Shown here: positions 47,584-56,181 of the stretch, piece by piece
Layout: each line of letters begins with the position of its first letter
How positions within the stretch are numbered: position 1 is the stretch's first letter
Virus record (IMG/VR): IMGVR_UViG_3300037054_000148
Span: 62,001 to 126,000 of that record
Length of the DNA stretch: 64,000 nucleotides
Strand: one strand, 5' to 3'
Position numbers and translations under genes: made by a program
The notes under the pieces: generated by a model
Seen by the model: only the letters and a program-made list of their open reading frames with translations
Told to the model about the DNA's origin: nothing
The model's database searches: none

Positions 47584-48377
47584 GATTCATTGTATATTGT
47601 ATCTACAACACATTTAAACATGAGGTCTATGTGGGGTCTTCTGCTCATCATGAAAGAAGATGGAAAGAGCACATTTATTTATTAAATACTAATAAACATC
47701 ATTGTCCCCACTTACAACATTCTTGGGGTAAATATGGGGAAGATAATTTTAAATTTGAGATATTGGAAGAAACTGAACCTTTAGATGCTGTTCTACGTCA
47801 CCAAGAACAATCGTGGATGGATATGTTTAAAGACTTAGGTTATACGCTTTATAATGTTTGCCCCACGGCAGGCTCGTGTTTAGGTCAAAAGCGAGGCCCT
47901 CGTTCTGAAGAGGACAAGTTAAAAATAAGTAAAGGAAACTTCGGAAAAAAGCGGTCTGATGAGACAAAACAAAAATTAAGAATCCTTTCTACTGGTCAAT
48001 CACGACACACAACTCCTCATTCAGAAGAGTCAAAACAGAAAATGAAAATAGCACATACTGGAATTATTCAATCCGATGCTACTCTAAAAAAACGGAGTGA
48101 GTCTAGTAAGGGACGAATTGATTCTGAGGAAACTCGAAGAAAAAAGAGTGAGCGCATGAAGGGGTCACACCCTTCTAATGAAACAAAACAAAAAATACGA
48201 GAAAGTCTGACTGGTCGCTGTGTCCCTGATGAAGAAAAACAAAAAATAAGTGAAAATAGTAAGGGTCGTAAGTGGGTAACCAATGGGATCAAGAACAAAT
48301 TTGTCTGCTCCGCAGCCATCGACATACTGATAAAAGAAGGTTATTGGTTTGGTATCACCCAAAAACGAAGGATTTAA
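47580..48377 (+). CDS. GIY-YIG homing endonuclease with NUMOD3 repeats
   Basis: VYCIYN...VYVGSS...RWKEH...HLQHSWGKYG...EQ; SEE.K.K repeats; KWVTNG...GYWFG tail; ATGA overlap. Confidence 0.9.
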   Translation: MRFIVYCIYNTFKHEVYVGSSAHHERRWKEHIYLLNTNKHHCPHLQHSWGKYGEDNFKFEILEETEPLDAVLRHQEQSWMDMFKDLGYTLYNVCPTAGSCLGQKRGPRSEEDKLKISKGNFGKKRSDETKQKLRILSTGQSRHTTPHSEESKQKMKIAHTGIIQSDATLKKRSESSKGRIDSEETRRKKSERMKGSHPSNETKQKIRESLTGRCVPDEEKQKISENSKGRKWVTNGIKNKFVCSAAIDILIKEGYWFGITQKRRI

Positions 48378-48409
48378 AGACTACCCGTACCATATCATAG
48401 AGGTTACCC

Positions 48410-48793
48410 ATGGACTCAAAACATCTTGCTTCACTAATTGCTGACAACGTTGAAATCTGCGAAGAAGCAGATCCTGCAATGGACGCATCTAGTCAATTCG
48501 CACAGACGGCTCCTGGTGTTCAAAATCAAATGCCAAATCCACTCAGCCCCATTATGGAAGATGCCGATTTCTTCACTTATCTGATGCCGGGGGCTGTTTT
48601 CGAAGCGCATGACGGCTCTCAATGGCTCATTACTGACTATGAGTGGGACGGTCGTATCGGAATTGAGAATCGCTGGTACCCAAGGCAGATTGCCAACATC
48701 ACCACCAACGATGTTCGTCGCAGTATTGCGATGTGGGTTGAGCCTGTGAATGTTAAAGTTCCAGCACCAATTCCAGGGGTTGTGTACAATTAA
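48410..48793 (+). CDS. Hypothetical (probable virion) protein
   Basis: 127 aa; GAGG RBS; in late operon. Confidence 0.55.
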   Translation: MDSKHLASLIADNVEICEEADPAMDASSQFAQTAPGVQNQMPNPLSPIMEDADFFTYLMPGAVFEAHDGSQWLITDYEWDGRIGIENRWYPRQIANITTNDVRRSIAMWVEPVNVKVPAPIPGVVYN

Positions 48794-48799
48794 GAGGTT

Positions 48800-50395
48800 T
48801 TGATGCTGGATCTGACTGGCGAGAACTTAGCCACCTATCTTCTACGCGAGTTGAAAGATGTGGTAAATCGAAATCCTCGCTTCAAAAGCCTGGGTGGGGA
48901 GACGTTCGTCCAGGCATCCAATTTGATCCAGTGGGGAGACCTTCAAGTTCAGATCAGTAACGTCACAGCCTCTGGAAATCGTCTTAGTCCTGATTACTTC
49001 ATGTGTACCCAGCATGGCCACAGTGTTCTGGCTAAACTTCAAGGGCATGATGGAGTTTTTGTGGATTGGGTTCAAGAAAATCAAGTTCTAACCACTACTC
49101 CCACCACTTCCAGCACTCTCATTTACCCACAACCTGGAGTCTACTACCTAAATGTGGACTCGGTTGATGAGGGGACTCGTGAAGTGGGACTTACGGTTCA
49201 GACCTACACATGGTCCACTGGAAAAACCGGATATGGGACGGGCTCTGGGGTGTATTTTTCCTCTCTGATTGACCCCTCCAGCGTGTATACGGTGGACCCG
49301 ACCATTTCCTTTGTAACTCAAGGTGGGGTTCTCTACGTCACTTCTTATACGACTCAGCAGCCCCTTCAACTTCGAACGACCTCGCGCATTTTGACCCCTA
49401 ATGTCGATTTTTGGTATATTAGAAAACCTTCCTACGTGATTTGTGAGTCTACGTTCACCGGCACTCAAACTGTCACCCTTCCGATTAGTTCCTACTCTAA
49501 TTTGGTGATTACCGATCAAGATGGCTATGAATTGCGGAGTGGGATTGATTATCAGTTCACTTCTATTACTTCAATTGTCCTTCAACAATTTACTCCTCCA
49601 GGATCTACCCTCACCGGAACCTTCACCATACAAGCTGACCCCAGTGTCACCTCAGTGATTCAGAGTGAGAATATGCTCCCCATTCCTCCCCTGTCCCCTT
49701 CGGAACTTATGGCAGCCGGTCAGGTTGTGATTCGTTCAACCTTCGGCCCTGTTTATACGGAGTCAGATTTGGTTGTTGCGGGTGACGGCACTATTTGGCT
49801 CAAGAATCTGCTCCGTCTAGGTGAAAAGGTGTTTTGGGAAGTCAGAGTCAACTCTGGACAGAGTAGTATGGTGGCTAAAAAGTTGGCGGCGAATAAAAAT
49901 ATTATTAATGGGCTCACAGTGGGAATTGGGGATATGGTTACAGTTGGAGATCAGTGTGTAATCATGGTCTCTCCCAATCTAACGGAGACTTATGAAGTCT
50001 ACGGCTCTAAAGAAAACGTCAGTTTTGAAATCCGGGTCAAGGCGAACGACCGTCTGACCGCTTCAGACATCTCCTCTATGATCAGATCTTTTCTCCTCGT
50101 CCAGGGGCGAGAAAATATGGAGGCAAACGGCTTAACTATCTTTGAAATCTCACGAGCCTCCATGACTGAGCCAAAAGACATGAGTGGAGTTACCCCTTCG
50201 ACTACATTTACCCTTACAGTGTCGGCTGCGGCTGATTGGGAGTATTACCTTCCCCTCATCACTCGAATTGGCTACTTTACGATTCAGATTGGTGGCCCCA
50301 CGGATGGGTTCACCACTGATTTTCCAGGAAAACCTGAAGTTTTACCACGTTTAACCGCATTGGGGTCGGCCTTGTTCGTCCCATATTACGCCTAA
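48800..50395 (+). CDS. Virion structural protein, possibly tail terminator/completion
   Basis: 531 aa beta-rich; position between neck genes and sheath. Confidence 0.45.
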   Translation: MMLDLTGENLATYLLRELKDVVNRNPRFKSLGGETFVQASNLIQWGDLQVQISNVTASGNRLSPDYFMCTQHGHSVLAKLQGHDGVFVDWVQENQVLTTTPTTSSTLIYPQPGVYYLNVDSVDEGTREVGLTVQTYTWSTGKTGYGTGSGVYFSSLIDPSSVYTVDPTISFVTQGGVLYVTSYTTQQPLQLRTTSRILTPNVDFWYIRKPSYVICESTFTGTQTVTLPISSYSNLVITDQDGYELRSGIDYQFTSITSIVLQQFTPPGSTLTGTFTIQADPSVTSVIQSENMLPIPPLSPSELMAAGQVVIRSTFGPVYTESDLVVAGDGTIWLKNLLRLGEKVFWEVRVNSGQSSMVAKKLAANKNIINGLTVGIGDMVTVGDQCVIMVSPNLTETYEVYGSKENVSFEIRVKANDRLTASDISSMIRSFLLVQGRENMEANGLTIFEISRASMTEPKDMSGVTPSTTFTLTVSAAADWEYYLPLITRIGYFTIQIGGPTDGFTTDFPGKPEVLPRLTALGSALFVPYYA

Positions 50396-50405
50396 AAGGA
50401 GATTT

Positions 50406-50828
50406 ATGGCCATCAGAGAATATAAGTGTTCATCCTGCGGGGTTATGATTGAGAAAATCATTCCTACCGCCCAGATTCCAAAAGAATCAATTCCCTGCAC
50501 AAAATGTGGAGAGAACGCAATTTTTCAGCCTATTCCTTCTAGCGTTGGGCTCCTCACAGAGAATTTCTCGGAACAGAAGATTGATATCACTATTGGTAAG
50601 GACGCAAATCGTCGTTGGCAGGATATTTCTGACAGAAATGCCCTCCGAGAGAAAGTTCGCGCACAATCGGGAGAGGTTGGGCTCTCCATGGTTGGACGAA
50701 ATGAGTTCGCCCCTCTGCCAGAGGCTGAAAAGAAAAATAGGACAGAAGCCCTTGAAGCCATTACAAAAGATGGGTTCAAACACGCTCCTGACACTAAAAC
50801 TGACCGGAAAATTTTAGGCACTGATTAA
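50406..50828 (+). CDS. FmdB-like zinc-ribbon protein
   Basis: MAIREYKCSSCG...E.I...CTKCG; AAGGAG RBS. Confidence 0.7.
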   Translation: MAIREYKCSSCGVMIEKIIPTAQIPKESIPCTKCGENAIFQPIPSSVGLLTENFSEQKIDITIGKDANRRWQDISDRNALREKVRAQSGEVGLSMVGRNEFAPLPEAEKKNRTEALEAITKDGFKHAPDTKTDRKILGTD

Positions 50829-50920
50829 AGTGGCGAAAGAAAAGACTTCTCCGACCTAAAATGAAACCACGATATTAAAGGGCTCTTGATCCAAGATCGC
50901 AACCATAGGGAGAGATAAAC

Positions 50921-53900
50921 ATGGCTCTGTTCGCACAATATACCGCACCGGGTGTCTACACGTTTGAAACGGTGAGCAACCCCGGAGTAATCACCTACGG
51001 GAACATCCGCCTTCCCGTGTTCATCGGTGAGGGACAGGAGACCTTCTCTGTAATTAACACCGAAATGCATCGCGGAAGTTCTGCTTACGCAGATGACTTG
51101 GTTGTTCAGGAGACCCTTCCGGTTTTGACCGTGGGCCAGTTGAACTTCCAGTTGACCTATACGCCCATTGTTACGGGGAACGGCACCGGAACCCTGACTA
51201 ATACTCCGACTGACATTACCGTCACACTCTCTGACGGGCAGACCCCAGTTGTGGTTACAGGTCTCAATGGCACGACCGGAGCTTTCTCAATCTTCACCGT
51301 TTACCCAGTGGGGACCGAACTTTTGGTCACTTACTACTTTAAGCGCAAGGACACCTATGTGGCAAATGAAAATGAAGCCTCCCAGGTGCCTTCATACGCT
51401 ACCTGGGCTTCAGATCCTAACCTCCCCCTCACCCTCTCCCTTCCTGGTGAGCTTGGAAACGATGTGGATCTGGGTTTCACCTTCACCGCAGCCTCCCCCG
51501 TTTCTGACGCATTGGCTATTAGCGGTGTCGGAACCGATACCATCTCCATCGAATTGAACGAAGCCGCCCTTCCGATCAGCACCACCGGTTCTCTCACTTT
51601 CGCGGCTCACACGGTGACACGTGCTTCCGGATCCTGGGCAACTGATGGCGTAGCAGTTGGTACGGCTGTTCGTTTTGCTGGCACGACTGCCAACAACACT
51701 GCTTCTGGTTCCTACCAGATTGTTACGGGTATCTCCACCGGATCCAACCCCAACGACACCCTTACTTTCTCCGCCGCATCCTTCACTGTTGAAGTGGACG
51801 CTTCCGCCACCGTGACCGCCTACGCAGTCCGCACTTACGGAGATTTGGCTAACCTCCTCACTGTGGGAATCCCCACCTTAGCTGGTAATCTCGCCCTCCA
51901 GGCTCCTCTTTCCAGCGGGATTGCCGCTCAGACCGTAACGGCTGCTGTCGCATCCGCTCCGTTCACTGGTGGAGCAGGCCCCAACTCCAACACGGTTTTC
52001 ACCACTTCCTTCATCCCTGTGGTTGACGGAACCAATGGTGGAGTCGTCACCACCAACCCTCTCAATCTGAAGGTTTTGGTCAACGGTCAGCCTGCCACCG
52101 TCTCTTCCCTGAACGGTCTGACCGGCACCTTCGTCATGGCTTCCCCCGTTCTGGCCGGTCAGACTTTCACCGTCTCCTACTACACCAATAAGTATCAGGA
52201 CACCTACGACATGATTCCTGCCACTAACGTGGTAAGCATTGATGCAGTGGGTTATGGCCCAAGCCGTAGCGATTTTGTCAACGGCGTGGATTTTGTCCTC
52301 CAGACCCCTCCGAATGCAGACGCTCGTATCCAGTGGGGTGGCTCTGCTTCAGTTATGGCAGGTAGCTCTACCCCCGGCTACACTGCATTCAACGCCTCAG
52401 TCATCACAGATACATTGGTTGATGAGATCATGTTCCTTCGCCCCGTTCAGGGAGCCGTCACTGGTAAGAACTACACTTTTATCCTTCCAGATGTCCCAAC
52501 TGATGGGTCTGGTCTGGGTGTTGTCACTAACAACCCAGCGTTGGTCCACGTATATGTTGGCACCAACCCAGAGGAAGCCCTTCTGGCTGGTGAAGTAACG
52601 GTTACTCAGGTTGTTGGAGCCACCTCCACGGTAGTTCTTTACAACCCACCTCCAATGGGTCAGAACGTCTATGCCACTTACTACCGTAACATTCTGAATG
52701 ATCACACTTTCACTCTTACGGTGGTCAATCCAGGAATTACCGGTCAGGGCACCTATTCTATTTCTGATGAAAAGGGTAACACTCTTCCAGTCATTGCTTC
52801 GGGAGCTTCTTCGGTTGTTGAAGCGGCATTCACAGAGTATGGTGGGGTCGTATGGCCCAATAAGTTCTCTGATTTGAATGGCGTGGGGGGTAAGAGCCCA
52901 GATGAAACCGTCACTGTGACCTTCCAGGAAGGGGACGCTTCTTTCGTCATCTCCCCTGGTGTTCAGGCCAGTTTGGTCTCCACTGTAAACGTGGGGTTGA
53001 AGTTTGTTGCCACCAACATCGGCACCGGCCCCAACAGCGTTGCAACTATCCAGTTTGTCGGAACTACAGCTAAGGCTGACGCTGCTGCTATCTCGGTAAC
53101 CAGCAATGCAGTGACCGTCTACACTGAGAAGATAGACACGACCACCCGCACTCTTCAGGACATTCTCAATCTGTTCATCGCCTATCCTCCTTCTACTCCA
53201 ACGACCGGAGTTATCCTCGCTGAGGCAGTAGGCAGCCCCACCCTCACTAATTCGGCTGCGGCTGGAGTGGCAGAGGACTTCATCAATGGTGCGGCCACTG
53301 TTTCCACCCCCCGTTCTCTCCACTACTGCGTGACCTCTAGCCGCACTGCCCTTCAGGCTAACACGGATGGATTTGGCATCACTGGCGGGGCTACAACCCC
53401 CTTGGGTTCCAATGTGGGTGGCGGTGCAGTCGGAGCTATCGGCTGGCTGAATCAGACCTTCCTAGACCCCGATACGGGCGTTCAGTTCACCATTCTCAAT
53501 CCGGATGATGTCTTGGCTGACCCGCTCTATGGCTTCCAGTCTCTCCCCAGCCCCCGCTATCACTTCGAGCCGGGTGACACCCTAACCTTCACTATCAGCA
53601 ACGAAACTCCTCGTGCTACTGGGGTTATTCCAACTGTGAACGTTTACGGTTTGACTCTTGAAGTCATCTCTACCTACGGGATGAACGCCGGAAACACGGC
53701 TATGGTTACCACCTTCAACGCCTCTGGAAATCAGCCCTCTGTTGGGGATTACTACTACATTTCCTACACGACTGAGAAGGAGACTTCCGATTTCGCTCTG
53801 AAGATTTTCGATAACGTAGGAGACGCCTACGCTCAATATGGTCAGCCAACCCCTGACAATCGCCTCTCCATGGCAGTCAGCTTGTTCGCTCAGAATGGCG

Positions 53901-54796
53901 GAAACATCTTCGCTTGCCTTCAGGTTCCTAAACAGGCTGGCCTTAATACCGCCGCTGACCAGACCTACATCAACGCCATCAGCACTCTGGCCGCTCCAGT
54001 TCCTGGAAACGAACAGAAGGCAGGTATGATTCAGGTTATGACCACTAGCCCAACGGTTATTCAGTACCTGAGCCGCTTCCTCTTGACTCAAGCCTCCCCA
54101 CGTAACAGCGGAGAAGCAATGAGTGTTTACGGCTATGGCTTCAACGACACTCCTTCGTCCATGATTAGCCTAGCCACTAGCCTCAAGAGTGAGCGCATGA
54201 TCGGAATCGCTTCCATTGGAGCTATCCTTCAGCTTGTCAATCCCACCACTGGCTTGGCCACCAACTACACAGTTGATGGCTCCCTCATCGCCGCCGCAAT
54301 GGCTGGCATGATGGTCTCTCCGGCAATCGATGTAGCCACCACCCTGACCCGCCAGGGAATCGTCGGATTCCAGGGCCTAATCACCCGCTACGACGACCCC
54401 TCTATGGACAACATGGCTGCAAGCGGTTTGACTTGCCTCGTGGAAAACCCAGGTGCTCTCATCATCCGTCACTGGGTCACTACTGATAACTCCAGTCCTT
54501 TGAAGCGTGAACCAACTTCTCGCTTGGTGATCGATTACGTTCGCCAGACGATGCGCTCAAGCCTGAATCAGTTCATTGGCCGTAAGCTCATCAACAGCAC
54601 CATCAATACCGTCACTTCGGTGGTTAGCTCCACCCTAGTCTCTCTGGTGGCCGAGCAGGTTATCGAAGGCTACAGCACCATCGTAGTCGCAGTAGACCCT
54701 TCTGATCCAACCACTCTGAATGTTAGCTTCACCGTTAAACCAATCTTCAGCCTGCTTTGGATCTCTGTCACTCTCACAGTCACCACTCAACTGTAA
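50921..54796 (+). CDS. Contractile tail sheath protein (enlarged by insertions)
   Basis: 1291 aa; N-terminal YTAPGVYT; C-terminal AAAMAG...TLT...IRHWVTT...IDYV...LNQFIG...DPTTLNVSFTVKPIF. Confidence 0.85.
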   Translation: MALFAQYTAPGVYTFETVSNPGVITYGNIRLPVFIGEGQETFSVINTEMHRGSSAYADDLVVQETLPVLTVGQLNFQLTYTPIVTGNGTGTLTNTPTDITVTLSDGQTPVVVTGLNGTTGAFSIFTVYPVGTELLVTYYFKRKDTYVANENEASQVPSYATWASDPNLPLTLSLPGELGNDVDLGFTFTAASPVSDALAISGVGTDTISIELNEAALPISTTGSLTFAAHTVTRASGSWATDGVAVGTAVRFAGTTANNTASGSYQIVTGISTGSNPNDTLTFSAASFTVEVDASATVTAYAVRTYGDLANLLTVGIPTLAGNLALQAPLSSGIAAQTVTAAVASAPFTGGAGPNSNTVFTTSFIPVVDGTNGGVVTTNPLNLKVLVNGQPATVSSLNGLTGTFVMASPVLAGQTFTVSYYTNKYQDTYDMIPATNVVSIDAVGYGPSRSDFVNGVDFVLQTPPNADARIQWGGSASVMAGSSTPGYTAFNASVITDTLVDEIMFLRPVQGAVTGKNYTFILPDVPTDGSGLGVVTNNPALVHVYVGTNPEEALLAGEVTVTQVVGATSTVVLYNPPPMGQNVYATYYRNILNDHTFTLTVVNPGITGQGTYSISDEKGNTLPVIASGASSVVEAAFTEYGGVVWPNKFSDLNGVGGKSPDETVTVTFQEGDASFVISPGVQASLVSTVNVGLKFVATNIGTGPNSVATIQFVGTTAKADAAAISVTSNAVTVYTEKIDTTTRTLQDILNLFIAYPPSTPTTGVILAEAVGSPTLTNSAAAGVAEDFINGAATVSTPRSLHYCVTSSRTALQANTDGFGITGGATTPLGSNVGGGAVGAIGWLNQTFLDPDTGVQFTILNPDDVLADPLYGFQSLPSPRYHFEPGDTLTFTISNETPRATGVIPTVNVYGLTLEVISTYGMNAGNTAMVTTFNASGNQPSVGDYYYISYTTEKETSDFALKIFDNVGDAYAQYGQPTPDNRLSMAVSLFAQNGGNIFACLQVPKQAGLNTAADQTYINAISTLAAPVPGNEQKAGMIQVMTTSPTVIQYLSRFLLTQASPRNSGEAMSVYGYGFNDTPSSMISLATSLKSERMIGIASIGAILQLVNPTTGLATNYTVDGSLIAAAMAGMMVSPAIDVATTLTRQGIVGFQGLITRYDDPSMDNMAASGLTCLVENPGALIIRHWVTTDNSSPLKREPTSRLVIDYVRQTMRSSLNQFIGRKLINSTINTVTSVVSSTLVSLVAEQVIEGYSTIVVAVDPSDPTTLNVSFTVKPIFSLLWISVTLTVTTQL

Positions 54797-54809
54797 AGGG
54801 TTTTCAACG

Positions 54810-55421
54810 ATGCCAACTGGGTTTGTCTATCTTGTCCACAATACACTGTCCAATAAAGTGTATTGTGGACAGACAATTCAAAAAAATCCAAATAAGAGGT
54901 GGAACCAGCACAAGAACAGAGAACACAACTCTCATTTAAAAAATGCTATGGATAAGTATGGGGTAGAATTTTTTGATTTCTCAATCCTTGAAAAAATAGA
55001 AGCAGAAGATGCATATGAACTAAAAATAGCAATTTACGAGGCCGAGGCTTTTTGGATTGACTATTTTAAGTTTTTAGGCTTCCCCCTTTACAACCAAAGG
55101 CCAGCCTCTATATCCAATAAAGGGGTGAAACGGGGGCCAGCTTGGAATAAAGGTGTTCCTATGTCCAATGAGAAAAAGGAGTTGCTACTAAAGGCTAATA
55201 AAGGCCGTCAAATCTCGAAAGAACACAAGGAAAGCATCTCTAAAGCAAATAAAGGTAGAGTTAGTGAGCGCAAAGGTAAAACATTTGGGCCTTTATCTGA
55301 AGAGACAAAGCTGAAACTATCTAAAGCAAATAAAGGTAAACCCTTTTCAGAGGAACATAAGAAGAGTTTATCTAAGGCCCGATTTAAAGTGCTCCAATCT
55401 CTTAAAGAGGTTGTCATATGA
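54810..55421 (+). CDS. GIY-YIG homing endonuclease
   Basis: MPTGFVYLVHN...KVYCGQT...RWNQH...AMDKYG; PAWNKG and SKANKG repeats; start ATG 54810. Confidence 0.85.
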   Translation: MPTGFVYLVHNTLSNKVYCGQTIQKNPNKRWNQHKNREHNSHLKNAMDKYGVEFFDFSILEKIEAEDAYELKIAIYEAEAFWIDYFKFLGFPLYNQRPASISNKGVKRGPAWNKGVPMSNEKKELLLKANKGRQISKEHKESISKANKGRVSERKGKTFGPLSEETKLKLSKANKGKPFSEEHKKSLSKARFKVLQSLKEVVI

Positions 55422-56170
55422 AAATCCACCCTGTAGTTCAACATCTGAATGGCGCTGTTACAGTGTCGCTACAGGCATCGTTTGTGGGTGACATCACAGA
55501 TACTACGGATCGTATGCGAATTGCAGCATATGGTGATCCCCTGGTGAATTTAGGGGGGCTATTTATTAGCCCCGCTCTCCCCGCTATCGGAACCCTCACC
55601 CTCACCGGAATTCCTAATCCGAATGAGACTTTCACTATCAGCACCCAGTTGTTTACCTGGATTGCCTCTGGTATCCCTACCACTGGGCAGGTTCTTCTGG
55701 GTACCGATGCCCCCACCAGTGCGGCAAATATCATTACTGCTATCACTGCTGCTTCTTTGACTCCCATTTCTGCCGCCATTAGTGGCACAAGCATCACCAT
55801 TACCGCCGTAGCAAATGGGGAAGCTGGAAACCAGATCGCCTTCGAAAATGCTTCCTCCAGTATGACCATGGATGGAAGTGGCACCCTTGGGGGAACCCAA
55901 TGGGGTCGAGAGGCTCTTACTTTTCAAATGGGCTCGGCAGAAGTGTTTAGAGGTGTGACCACTCAAATGGCTCAAACCCCAGTGAGTTTCATGGCTCAGC
56001 TTCCACTAGGCTCTCCTGGTCTCCTACCCACTCAATCTATTGTCTCTGACCCAGTTGATGCTGCGGCTGCTTGGTGTGAGCAAATGGACTCACGTATTTC
56101 TTTAGTGATGACAGCCTTGCGAGGAAATGAACCTCCGCAACTTGTTGCGCTTCCTGATTCCACAGTGTAA
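55418..56170 (+). CDS. Virion structural protein
   Basis: 250 aa; GTLTLTG.PN.NETFTI...AANIITAI...ITITA...G.AGN.I sheath-insert-like domain. Confidence 0.5.
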   Translation: MKIHPVVQHLNGAVTVSLQASFVGDITDTTDRMRIAAYGDPLVNLGGLFISPALPAIGTLTLTGIPNPNETFTISTQLFTWIASGIPTTGQVLLGTDAPTSAANIITAITAASLTPISAAISGTSITITAVANGEAGNQIAFENASSSMTMDGSGTLGGTQWGREALTFQMGSAEVFRGVTTQMAQTPVSFMAQLPLGSPGLLPTQSIVSDPVDAAAAWCEQMDSRISLVMTALRGNEPPQLVALPDSTV

Positions 56171-56181
56171 GAGGTAAAAAC

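Noticed and set aside
52397-54091. Minus-strand 308 aa and 169 aa ORFs
   Set aside because: Antisense to the tail sheath gene; no motif; explained by biased codon usage.
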